A stretch of 26,677 bases of DNA from Candidatus Hadarchaeota archaeon (GCA_964452145.1 CAYVLA010000042.1:114-26790); one strand, 5' to 3'; positions 16,362 to 25,498 are shown, numbered from the stretch's first letter. The notes: generated by a model not told the origin, from the letters alone. Numbers and translations: made by a program.

Positions 16362-18521
16362 CTAACGACAGGGAAAGGAGATGCTTCCGGTCGCGATGCC
16401 GTCAGCGGAGGCGGTCAAGGACGCGTTTCCTCGTCGCCTGGTAGACCTGACTGCAATGCTCGCGATGCCGGCAGAGGGCATGGCTAGGGGACTCCGGCCA
16501 GGCCCGCAAAGACGCACCGGTCCCTTGCACTCGAAGAGGATGGGCTGTCTGAAGTCTGGAACCGTATTACCATCTTTGTCGGTGATCCTTGCCACAAAGC
16601 ATGCGGCGTCCTTGCCGTCTGCAAGCATCTCCTCCGGCCCGGTGATATCCACCCTCGCGGCTTTGCCCGGGACGGCGACGGACTCAGTGACGGTCTGTGA
16701 ATCGCCCCTCCTGCCAATGGCCCGAATCCTTGTAGCTGTATGTGGCACCTTCCATACAACCGGGTTGAATCCCTTCCTAGTGCCCAGGCTACGAGCATCC
16801 AGGTAGAGCTCGACCGTGTCACAGTTGGTGTAGACTCTGACCTCCACCTCCTCTCCTTCCCGGTGTGGAAGACTCCAGTCAGAGGCTATGTGGATCACCG
16901 GATCACGGCTCCATCTAGCTGCCAGCATGTGAAATGCCTCCTTTGGGTTGCGGAACTCATCCAGAATGCCCGATCTCTGTATGGGCCAGACAGGTTCGTA
17001 ATCCGTTCCGTAATCGTGCATTGACCACAGCGTGCTGCCGGATATGTAGGGCCTTGCTTCGATAATGTCAAGATCCTTTGCGATCCTCTCCGCTTGTGAT
17101 CTCTCCAGATCACCCCTGCCGCGCAGGGCGCTATCGGCGTTCGTGTGTTCGCTTACCAGTATCCTGATCTGGGGGTACGCGGAATGGAAAGCGTCGATGG
17201 TCTCGAGCTTGTAGTTTATGCCCAGCACGTCGCAGATGAAGACCGTACCTAGGAAGACCCCGTCCGAGAGTCTGTTATCAGCATAGATCGTCGGACGCGT
17301 AGGGTCATGCTTCAGAGCCGTCTGCTTCAACCTCTCCAGCAATCGCCTGGATCTGCCCTCGTTCATCATCCCCCAGAGCACCACGCAGGGATGGTTGCGG
17401 TCCCGATCTATCATCCCGCTCATGGCAGCATCTGCACTGTCGAGGAACTCCCTGCCGCCAATGAACTGCCACGACGTGATCTCCTCGTAGACGAGCACGC
17501 CGAGTTCGTCGCAGGCATCGAGGAAAGCCGGGCTCTGCGGGTAGTGCGAGGTCCTAACGAAGTTGGCGCCTAGCTCCTTGATCAGCTCCACATCCCGGCG
17601 GTGAAGTCGCTCAGGTAGCACGTTGCCCAGTCCCGGGAAGTCTTGGTGACGATTCACGCCTCTCAACTGGACTCGTTCACCGTTCAGTATGAAGCCCTTC
17701 GACGGGTCGAAGGAGTAACTCCTAATCCCAAATCGCTGGCGGTGCACATCCAGCAGGGACCCTCCCAGGTAAAGGCTGAAGGCCGCCTCGTACATGAAGG
17801 GGGTCGACGTTGACCAGAGGGCCGGAGACGGGATTTCGCCGTGGAACGTGAAATAGTCCCCAAGGCTCGGGCCTATCCTGCCTGTCGAGAACACGTCCTT
17901 GCCTCCGCGCTCCTTCACGGTCACCGAAGCTCGTAGTCGATCCCTCATCCCTGGATCCGCGCTGAGTCCTATCACCATGTCGACGGCAGCACGTTCCCTG
18001 TCGACCGAGGGGGTCGTTATCACGCAGGAACGCCACGGGAAGTGGGCCCGCCTCTTCCTTACCAGCCACACATCGCCACACAGACCCCCGTAGATATTGT
18101 AGTCCGGGATGGGTTTCCCGGGCAGGATCCTTGGATCATGAGAGTTGTCGACCCTAACCGAGAGGACGTTTGCACCGCGGAAAAGGCCGTCCGTGATATC
18201 CAGCTGGAATCCCGTCAGACCCTCGAGGTGTTCGCCGAGATACTCGCCGTTCAACCACAGCTGGGCCCTGCCCCACACCGCGTCGAAGGTGAGAAAGGCT
18301 GGCCCGTCGCCGGCCGGGGATGGGAACCGTTTGCGATACCACGCGGGCCCTCTGTAGTATCCTCTCTTCTGGATAAACGTGTCGTCTGCATTGAAGGAGT
18401 GCGGGAGGTCGACGATCTCCCATTCCGAGTCCGGATGCTCGGGCTTATCAGCGCCTGCAGCTTCCCCGAGATGGAATCGCCATCGGGCTCCGAGATCTGA
18501 GGGTGAAACGGTCTCCGTCAA
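16362..18521 (-). CDS. Glycoside hydrolase family 2 (beta-galactosidase-like)
   Basis: VDLPH..N, WYRKRF, PALWS...P..Y, FGIRS, LRGVNRHQD, RTSHYP, WGMMNE (acid/base), VSEH (nucleophile) and WSMHDY. Start probably TTG 18521, not 18698. Confidence 0.9.
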   Translation of the reverse strand: MTETVSPSDLGARWRFHLGEAAGADKPEHPDSEWEIVDLPHSFNADDTFIQKRGYYRGPAWYRKRFPSPAGDGPAFLTFDAVWGRAQLWLNGEYLGEHLEGLTGFQLDITDGLFRGANVLSVRVDNSHDPRILPGKPIPDYNIYGGLCGDVWLVRKRRAHFPWRSCVITTPSVDRERAAVDMVIGLSADPGMRDRLRASVTVKERGGKDVFSTGRIGPSLGDYFTFHGEIPSPALWSTSTPFMYEAAFSLYLGGSLLDVHRQRFGIRSYSFDPSKGFILNGERVQLRGVNRHQDFPGLGNVLPERLHRRDVELIKELGANFVRTSHYPQSPAFLDACDELGVLVYEEITSWQFIGGREFLDSADAAMSGMIDRDRNHPCVVLWGMMNEGRSRRLLERLKQTALKHDPTRPTIYADNRLSDGVFLGTVFICDVLGINYKLETIDAFHSAYPQIRILVSEHTNADSALRGRGDLERSQAERIAKDLDIIEARPYISGSTLWSMHDYGTDYEPVWPIQRSGILDEFRNPKEAFHMLAARWSRDPVIHIASDWSLPHREGEEVEVRVYTNCDTVELYLDARSLGTRKGFNPVVWKVPHTATRIRAIGRRGDSQTVTESVAVPGKAARVDITGPEEMLADGKDAACFVARITDKDGNTVPDFRQPILFECKGPVRLCGPGRSPLAMPSAGIASIAVRSTRRRGNASLTASADGIATGSISFPCR

Positions 18522-18911
18522 GTTAAGACCCGCACGGGTACAGGAGTGGCACAGAAAAAGGTGTCCGCTTGATGCCTGCGCTTGGCCACAGCTACCCACA
18601 GCTTGCAGATTCGTTACGGCGGTGTTTGCATGTGCCCGACCAAACAGGGTTGTGTTGGCACATCTATATTGAGAGAGATTTGAGCGAGTCTCGGTCAATC
18701 TGCGAATCTATAGTTGGGCAGAAGGTCAGGGGAAGTGGCATCATGAACGATTGGAGGGCACACGGGGCGTCGGTGCGCCACCGATTCTCCAGATGCTGGG
18801 AGAACCTCCCAGCTTCACTTCAGAGCCGAGCCGAACACGCAACGAATTTTGGCAAAGGCGTGGCAAATCTTGGGGATACGGCCCGAGCGGCTGCGCGGGA
18901 CGGCCGTTGCA

Positions 18912-19076
18912 CTAGATGCTCGATTGGCCATCCCGCACCAGCGGGAAGGAGACCGAGAAGCCGAGAACTAGGCAGAACAATACGAGGAGGGGGGCGTTCT
19001 TGATCAGCCTCGGGATCTTTGCTTTGGAGACTCTCTTGGACGGTTCCGTTGCGAACATTCCGAGGTTGGTCTGCAT
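18912..19076 (-). CDS. Small single-TM protein or truncated secreted-protein gene
   Basis: ATG 19076 follows AAGGAG. A basic N-region and hydrophobic stretch (PLLVLFCLVLGFSVSFPLV) lead to an early TAG. A strong promoter lies upstream. Confidence 0.4.
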   Translation of the reverse strand: MQTNLGMFATEPSKRVSKAKIPRLIKNAPLLVLFCLVLGFSVSFPLVRDGQSSI

Positions 19077-19108
19077 GGCCGATTGCTCCTTCCACGCTCT
19101 GCCGTATC

Positions 19109-19129
19109 CCTGCACATCTTATGTGCAGG
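19109..19129. promoter_or_regulatory. Perfect 9-3-9 inverted repeat (operator-like)
   Basis: CCTGCACAT-CTT-ATGTGCAGG immediately downstream of a minus-strand TATA box. Confidence 0.6.
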
Positions 19130-19132
19130 TCT

Positions 19133-19148
19133 CTTATAAATATTTCGG
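19133..19148 (-). promoter_or_regulatory. Archaeal BRE + TATA promoter
   Basis: The minus strand reads CCGAAA-TA-TTTATAAG, a near-consensus BRE/TATA. Confidence 0.7.
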
Positions 19149-19288
19149 AATTTCTGCAGCTGAGAGTAAGAAATTTGCGATGATTTCCTAGAACCGCTTG
19201 GAACATCTTCCCAAGCTCGTTGCAGACCCCCAATCTTCGTGGGTCCTTCACTTCATATTCTTAAGCCGTCGCGTGGAAACATTCCTCG

Positions 19289-20068
19289 ATGGTTGTCAAG
19301 GTCTTTGAGGGCAGATCGGGCAGGGAGACCAAGAACTCCAATGTGGCCGAGTACCTGGAATCACTGCTCGAGCAACTGGGAGAGCCGGACGGTTACTTGG
19401 AAATCCACATCTTTCCTACGAGAAACGCAATGAAGAACGGGTTTGTCGAGGCACTTGCCGATCTCAGTCTGCCGATGACCCTGATCCTCCCGGATTTCGC
19501 AACCCTACACGAGTCGTTCGCAGGATATCCCCGCATATGGATCTCGTCTACAGACCTTGACCTCTCTGATGGCATCTGCAGGGCCCGATTACAGCATGAG
19601 GTCGGCCACGGAATCCTGCACTGGGAGATATCGGCCTACCTCCTGGGGATGCCAGCGGCTCTGCAGGAGGCCCAGCGTCGTCAGCGGGTGCATCCGGACG
19701 AGGCATCGATGGCGGCCTATCTGTTGTCGGTGGCCCTCAAGGATTACGAGGTGTCCAGTCTTCTGGAGAACCGGGGCATCACGGAGGATCAGATAGCGTT
19801 CTATCTAAGGGAACTGGATCCCAGCTCCCCGGTTGGGGAGGGCATCGAAGGGATACTGGGGGAAGCCAAGGCAATTCTTGGGGCCCATCCTTTCCGGTCG
19901 TGCCAGGCGATCCGGAAGGCGCTGAACCGGTCCCTTGGCGCCCTCGAGCCGCAGTACCGGGGATTCGTGCAGGACCTAGTGCGATCGCTGGATCCTGACG
20001 CCGACCTGCGCGCAAAGCTTGAAACCGCTTCAGACTTGTTGGTGCGTTGGGTGTGGCCGAATGGATGA
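19289..20068 (+). CDS. Hypothetical protein with HExxH zinc-binding motif (zincin-like)
   Basis: 259 aa; LQHEVGHGILH with downstream KDYEV. ATTCTTAAG lies about 28 nt upstream. Confidence 0.7.
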   Translation: MVVKVFEGRSGRETKNSNVAEYLESLLEQLGEPDGYLEIHIFPTRNAMKNGFVEALADLSLPMTLILPDFATLHESFAGYPRIWISSTDLDLSDGICRARLQHEVGHGILHWEISAYLLGMPAALQEAQRRQRVHPDEASMAAYLLSVALKDYEVSSLLENRGITEDQIAFYLRELDPSSPVGEGIEGILGEAKAILGAHPFRSCQAIRKALNRSLGALEPQYRGFVQDLVRSLDPDADLRAKLETASDLLVRWVWPNG

Positions 20069-20224
20069 GAGTGCAAGTCTTGTGGAGTCCCTCAAAGGGT
20101 CCCATTTCGCGGTCGATGGTCTGTGGTTGGTCAACTTGGATAACAGGCTGCTCAGAGGGCTCTGCAGATCGCCCAGATCGAGCGGGAGGCGATGCTGGTG
20201 CTGAACGGGGAGAACGATGCTTGA
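20061..20224 (+). pseudogene. Frameshifted, truncated remnant resembling the DUF6125 family N-terminus
   Basis: ATG overlaps the upstream stop. It reads MDESASLVESLKGSHFAVDGLWLVNLDNR, then in a shifted frame AQRALQIAQIEREAM...*, resembling the AxDGLWF...A.E.D.E.W signature. Confidence 0.45.
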
Positions 20225-20331
20225 ATCCGCACAGGCGATATGCAACGGGAAGCATGAGTCCTGGGCTCCACCAGCAGGTCTGGGTGCCCGCAGGGAGGTA
20301 CGGCTCGATCCACAGCAGGGGACGTGTCTGA

Positions 20332-22779
20332 TTGAGAGGATCTTTCGTTGTCTGTGCTTTCCTTGTGGCTTCTGCAGCCATCTTCACCGCAACAAGCCAG
20401 GACTCGGAGACCCCGAGGACGGGTCTGGCCGTGGCCTACATACGAGTCTCCTCTGGCGTCAACTCATCCCATCTGATACTCGATGGGGATCCGTCAAGCT
20501 ACTGGAGCAGTGAGCCAAGGCCCGGTCCGGGAAGACAGGAATGGATCAAGATTCAACTTGGAAGCCATGCAGAAATGGTCGAGCTTCGCCTCAAGCCCTC
20601 CCCTCGAGGAGGATTCCCCAGCGGTTTCAAGGTGTTTTACTCCACAGATCATGGTGAGGTATGGTATCCCGTTGGCGGTGCGAACTACAATTCCTTCCCC
20701 GACCCCGGCCTTGAAGAGGTCATCGTGGCACTACACGGGGTTGTGGGAGATGCCCTGATGATACAGGCCAGCTACCTAAGAAGGGATCTGGACGGGGGCT
20801 ATACCTTTCAGCTCGCAGAAGCCAAGGTTATCGGCCATGAACAGTTTGGGCCCTTCCGTACCAGCCGGGGGGACCAATGGGATGCCGATCTGAACAATAT
20901 GTGGCGGGTCTTTGGCCCACCATCCGACGGGACCCAGGCCGTGCCGGCTATGGGAGGGGAATCCGCGTGGCTTGAGTGGAATGCGCTGAAGCTATGCTGG
21001 TACGATGATCCATCTCTGAAAAGTGCCCTGAGAGATCAGTACGTCAACTATCACGTTGGGCTCGATGGCTACGTGTGGTCGTGGGGAAACCAAGAAGGAT
21101 GGCCAACCCACGGCCACAGGCACTACGAATCCAATGCCAAGTTCATCCTCGGAGCGTGCAGGTACTACCTGTGGTCGGGGGATGATGGTTTCCTCATGTC
21201 TACAGTCTCGGCGACGACAGACATGGCATTCGCGATAAGCCACGACGGAGGTGAGGTCATCAAGTGGGACAGCCGGAGCCATGTAGCAATTCGCCTACAG
21301 GAGGGCAGGACGATAGGCCAGTCGTTTGTAGCGGAGAGGAGCTTCAGCTCAGTTGGAGGATGCTATCCGACCTACATGACGGAAGGGGCCGGGATGGCTC
21401 TGTCCCTTTACAGGGGCGATGTTACTGGGGAAATCATTGCCAGCAAGGACTTCAGGGACGTTGCGGACAACGCATGGATGATGCTCGACTTCCCCCCGCA
21501 ACCTGCAGGGCCTTACTATCTCGAAATGAGCCGCCCCGTAGGCACGATAGGTTGGTGGAGCATAAACGATGATGTCATTCCGGGAGAATCGTTCTCGGAT
21601 GGCGAGGTCGTGGTTCGAGACGATCGCAGCGTCCTGGACCGACTTCGGTCTGCCATGGATTTCCAGCTAGATCAACTTCAGGGGCGCCAAGGACTGCTCG
21701 TCATCACCGACCCCGACAGCAATGGTACCCACAACGGTTACCCGACCGACTATTGGGACAACTTCCCCTTTGGGTACATGAGCGCTTACTGCAACGTGTA
21801 CTTCTATGCCTCCCTCGGGCTAATGTCCGAGGTCGAGCGTGCTGTCGGGAACCTTTCGAGGGCCGATTCTCTGCGGAGCCTCATGCCGTTGGTCAAGATG
21901 AGGTTCAACCAAGCCTTCTGGAACGAGGAAGCGGGTAGGTACATTGGCTGCATTGATGTGCTTGGGCAACAACATGACTACGGTTTCACCTACCTCAACC
22001 TTGAGGCCATCACATACGGGCTGGCCGACGAGGAGACCGGGCAGGTGATACTGTCCTGGCTCAGCGGGGAAAGGGATATCGAGGGAGATTACTCAAGAGG
22101 GAAGGATATCTACCGCTACGTAGTGGCACCGCGATCAACGACGATTCCCGTCGAAAGTGTGGAGCCACACTGGTGGTACGACATAGGCGGAGCCATCAGC
22201 ATTGGGCCTGGAGGCAGGGCCAACTACGACGAGCACCTGGAGAACGGAGGAATGATCTTCTACACGTCCTTCTACGACCTGATGTCCCGCCTCGCTTGCA
22301 TCTCGCCCGATGATGCACTTGCCAGACTGGACGCGATAATGACCGAGTTCCACAAGGACCAGCTGAGGAGGGATCCTCCCAACAGCCAGGGCATTCCATG
22401 GAAGCTGGGAATCATTGGCGAGTTTCCCGAATCGGGGCTGGTGCCTGCCTTTGTAGTGCATGGGTTCTTGGGTGCGGAGGCGCTCTCGGACGGGCTTCAC
22501 CTTCATCCCCGCCTCCCCCGGGATCTCACGCGCCTATGGGTCGGACAGATCAGCTACAGGGGCTGCATCTACGACATTGAGGTGAGCCGGGATGTGGGGC
22601 GTCCGTCAATAGCGTCCAAGGAAGGAGGGTATCTGGTCAGGGTCCCGGACGGTTGCCACATCTTTGTCTCAGAGGGCTGCCTGGTCGAAGTCCAGGAGTC
22701 CGTCAACGGGATCGCGGCACCGATCTGCCTGGGTATGGTGGCCTTGGGCTTTGAGATGCGAAGATCTGGAAAGAGGTGA
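20332..22779 (+). CDS. Secreted, membrane-anchored (alpha/alpha)6 glycoside hydrolase with discoidin (F5/8-type C) domain
   Basis: N-terminal signal peptide; discoidin motifs DGDPSSYWSS, EWIKIQLG, GFP..F.V.YS.D and QLAE; six-hairpin motifs YWD, AY.NVYFY.SL, FN.AFWNEE.GRY, ENGG and EFPESG; C-terminal hydrophobic segment plus RRSGKR. Confidence 0.75.
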   Translation: MRGSFVVCAFLVASAAIFTATSQDSETPRTGLAVAYIRVSSGVNSSHLILDGDPSSYWSSEPRPGPGRQEWIKIQLGSHAEMVELRLKPSPRGGFPSGFKVFYSTDHGEVWYPVGGANYNSFPDPGLEEVIVALHGVVGDALMIQASYLRRDLDGGYTFQLAEAKVIGHEQFGPFRTSRGDQWDADLNNMWRVFGPPSDGTQAVPAMGGESAWLEWNALKLCWYDDPSLKSALRDQYVNYHVGLDGYVWSWGNQEGWPTHGHRHYESNAKFILGACRYYLWSGDDGFLMSTVSATTDMAFAISHDGGEVIKWDSRSHVAIRLQEGRTIGQSFVAERSFSSVGGCYPTYMTEGAGMALSLYRGDVTGEIIASKDFRDVADNAWMMLDFPPQPAGPYYLEMSRPVGTIGWWSINDDVIPGESFSDGEVVVRDDRSVLDRLRSAMDFQLDQLQGRQGLLVITDPDSNGTHNGYPTDYWDNFPFGYMSAYCNVYFYASLGLMSEVERAVGNLSRADSLRSLMPLVKMRFNQAFWNEEAGRYIGCIDVLGQQHDYGFTYLNLEAITYGLADEETGQVILSWLSGERDIEGDYSRGKDIYRYVVAPRSTTIPVESVEPHWWYDIGGAISIGPGGRANYDEHLENGGMIFYTSFYDLMSRLACISPDDALARLDAIMTEFHKDQLRRDPPNSQGIPWKLGIIGEFPESGLVPAFVVHGFLGAEALSDGLHLHPRLPRDLTRLWVGQISYRGCIYDIEVSRDVGRPSIASKEGGYLVRVPDGCHIFVSEGCLVEVQESVNGIAAPICLGMVALGFEMRRSGKR

Positions 22780-22827
22780 CAACAAACCGGGTCGTTCAGG
22801 CCTAGGACCATCCATCACGCCGATCCA

Positions 22828-24840
22828 TCAGCCAGGGGCCGGACTTCCTCGGATCTCATAGAACCATATGGCGGCGTTACGTGGCTGGAGCCTGAGACTG
22901 AAGCCATTGCGGATCAGACCGTCCCCCTTGATCTCCCTTCTCTCAGACGTCTCGGGGTTCTCAAAGAGGTAGGTTACTTCTGGGCGTACGGCCATGGGAT
23001 GAACGATCATGGTCTCCCGCAACGATGCGGGGAGACGGATCCCCTGGATCAGCCCACGCCCCAGCTCCGGACGATCGAACTGGCGGATGACCCACTCCTT
23101 GTCACTTCGGTGAAACGGCGTCAAGGGGTAGTAGTCCCCGTTCAGAAATAGGTCGGACGCCCGGCGCCAGATTCCGACCATTTCCTTGACCAGCGCATAG
23201 TCGTAGCCATCCCTGCGAATATCCAGTGACATTGACATCGCGGGAGCCATGCCACAGTGATAGGAGTACCTGTCCACCATAGGCAAAAATCTGGTCTTCC
23301 CCTCCATATCCCAGGAGAGTGCCTGCTCTCTGAAATACGGTATCCAGGCGTACAAAGTATGATGAAATGCCAGCTTGACCGGGTGGTCGCCGTACCCGTA
23401 GTCCGTGTAGTGCAGCGGCACGGAGCGACGCATGGTCTCCAAATCATTTCGTCGACCTCCGCTTGCACAGGAGTCTATCCACAAGCCGGGATTGAGCGCT
23501 AGCAGGTCGTCCCAGAAACGGAGGTAGCCCTGGACGTGCAGGTTCTCGTTCATCCCCTGGCGCTCCGGGCCCTCATTTTCGCGCCAGTACTCCAAGGGCT
23601 CGAAGTTGTGGTCCTGCCGATATATCTTCACCCCGTTCTCCTCTATCAGCTTGCATATGTGGCCAGTAAGCCACCGGCGGCATTCCGGATTGCCAAGATT
23701 CAAGAGGCGGTTCGGGCTATCCCCTCTCCTCAAGAGCCATTCCGGGTGTTCTTCGTCCAGTCTGGTGCCAAGCAGAACCCTTTCCGGTTCAAACCAGAGC
23801 AACAGGTCGGCGCCGTTATCAGCTGCGCAGTCGGATACCGCCTTCAAACCTCTCGGGAACCTCTCCGGGTCTGGCTCCCATGTGCCGGTTATCGGCCATT
23901 GTCTCTCGTGTCTTTCATCGTAACAAGGATACCAACCTGCGTCGATCCACCAGATGTCGAAGGGAAGTCCACGTTCCGTTGCGGCCTTGCGTATGAATTG
24001 GAGCTGGTTTTCCTCGGTGGCAGCGGTGAATTCTACGCCGTCACCGGGACCCTCGCAGGCTAGTCGCGGCTTCAGCGGTTGGCCGTTGGGCCTGGGGAGA
24101 ATGTGGGAAAGGTACCACCTGCGCCAAAGATTGACGCCTCGCGAAACCTCCCCGGCCCAGTAGAGCACTGTTACGCGAGGAGTGCGGATGATTTCCCCCG
24201 GCATAAGTCGCAGGTTCGTCCTCTCCTGGCCAACCCTAATATCGACACCGTCTGCCAGACCTGCAAACTCGGCTGCCCACTGCGCTGGCCATCCGATGGC
24301 CATGGACACTCCGCAGTCATCGAACCTCACGCGGAAGTATGGGAACACACCGTCGCACGGCCGACCTCCATTGGGTGCAAGCCGGATGCAGCGTCCCGGG
24401 TGCAGGGAAGTACAATGGGGTGCGTATCCTTCCTCGCTGTAGAAGTCGCCGTTGTAGTGCTGCAGTGTAGGTGAATGACCGCTGAGTGACCCGTTCATCG
24501 CCAATATGCTGCCGATGACTGGCGTGGGCTCGTGCCCCCTGTTGGCGAACCACGAGATCCATTCCACGACAGGGTAGTCCTGGTATGCCGTGCACTCGAC
24601 CCGGAGATTCAGGCCCGTGCCGGCATCGTTTCCTTCGAAAACGGTCTCGAGGATATTGGCGTCGATGCGGCGCGTGTGAGACACCGGGTTCCAAGGCCCG
24701 GGAATGCCGGCAAGCGTCTTGCTGCCATACGTAAAAGAGATGGGTAGGTCGGATGAGTCAGCAAAGAAGCGATCCGTTAGTTCCCGAATCTTCTGCATGT
24801 CCTCGGGAGATGTGGTAGGGACGAGACGTGTGTCACTCAT
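22828..24840 (-). CDS. Alpha-galactosidase, GH36 family
   Basis: WWIDAGWY, W.PDPERFP.GL, LLWFEPER, LLNLGNP, YRQDHN (nucleophile region) and IDSCASGGRRND motifs. Confidence 0.88.
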   Translation of the reverse strand: MSDTRLVPTTSPEDMQKIRELTDRFFADSSDLPISFTYGSKTLAGIPGPWNPVSHTRRIDANILETVFEGNDAGTGLNLRVECTAYQDYPVVEWISWFANRGHEPTPVIGSILAMNGSLSGHSPTLQHYNGDFYSEEGYAPHCTSLHPGRCIRLAPNGGRPCDGVFPYFRVRFDDCGVSMAIGWPAQWAAEFAGLADGVDIRVGQERTNLRLMPGEIIRTPRVTVLYWAGEVSRGVNLWRRWYLSHILPRPNGQPLKPRLACEGPGDGVEFTAATEENQLQFIRKAATERGLPFDIWWIDAGWYPCYDERHERQWPITGTWEPDPERFPRGLKAVSDCAADNGADLLLWFEPERVLLGTRLDEEHPEWLLRRGDSPNRLLNLGNPECRRWLTGHICKLIEENGVKIYRQDHNFEPLEYWRENEGPERQGMNENLHVQGYLRFWDDLLALNPGLWIDSCASGGRRNDLETMRRSVPLHYTDYGYGDHPVKLAFHHTLYAWIPYFREQALSWDMEGKTRFLPMVDRYSYHCGMAPAMSMSLDIRRDGYDYALVKEMVGIWRRASDLFLNGDYYPLTPFHRSDKEWVIRQFDRPELGRGLIQGIRLPASLRETMIVHPMAVRPEVTYLFENPETSERREIKGDGLIRNGFSLRLQPRNAAIWFYEIRGSPAPG

Positions 24841-25498
24841 CGTGGTTCCCGCCAGTCAATCTAGGAGCGAATCGCGCTCTTCTCTCGATCCTATCTATAG
24901 AGAAGGCAAGCATCCGTACTGCCCAGTCAAACCTGGTTGATACGCCATTCCACATTTATGTTTCTGTAGGCGGGAGTGGAGATCTCTCACGCGTCACCAA
25001 CGCAAGACGGTTCCAGAAGGCATGGGACGAGACACCGAAGATGACTGAGCGGGTCGGCTTGGGTGACTGCCCTGGTGGGAAGCCCGTTAACCAGAGAGCC
25101 ATGATCAGGCACTGTCTACCTGTCCGACAGGTGATTTCCTAAAGCGAGGCCTGTGAGCGACTGTCTCAACGGGAAGAAGGAGGGCTCCAGACGACCTTCG
25201 GGCAAAAAAAGTGATATTGCCCGTAGGAGAAAGCCACGTCTTAAGGCCCGTCGAGGTTGCAGAGAAGCTTGCAGCAACACACCCAAGGGGGAATAGATCG
25301 ACTAATCGTTTCTCGAGTCCGATCCAGAGGACATGGAGATCTGCCACGAGAATCCGCATCCCTTCCTCTGGACGGTCGAACCCGGCCAGATGCTCAGAAA
25401 AGCGTGAAGCCACCAAAACACATAAGCACGCATAGATCCAGAAAGGGTGGCAGATATCAGCCCTGGATTCCCAATCGAGAAGAAGGCGGAGGACCGAG

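Noticed and set aside
18522..18698. N-terminal extension of the GH2 ORF
   Set aside because: It has no GH2 resemblance and is not a signal peptide; a T-rich promoter-like element lies within it.
24841..25498. Short ORFs, an A7 run near 25204 and weak inverted repeats in the divergent spacer
   Set aside because: No coherent reading frame or recognisable family, no support for programmed frameshifting, and the repeats are short enough to be chance.
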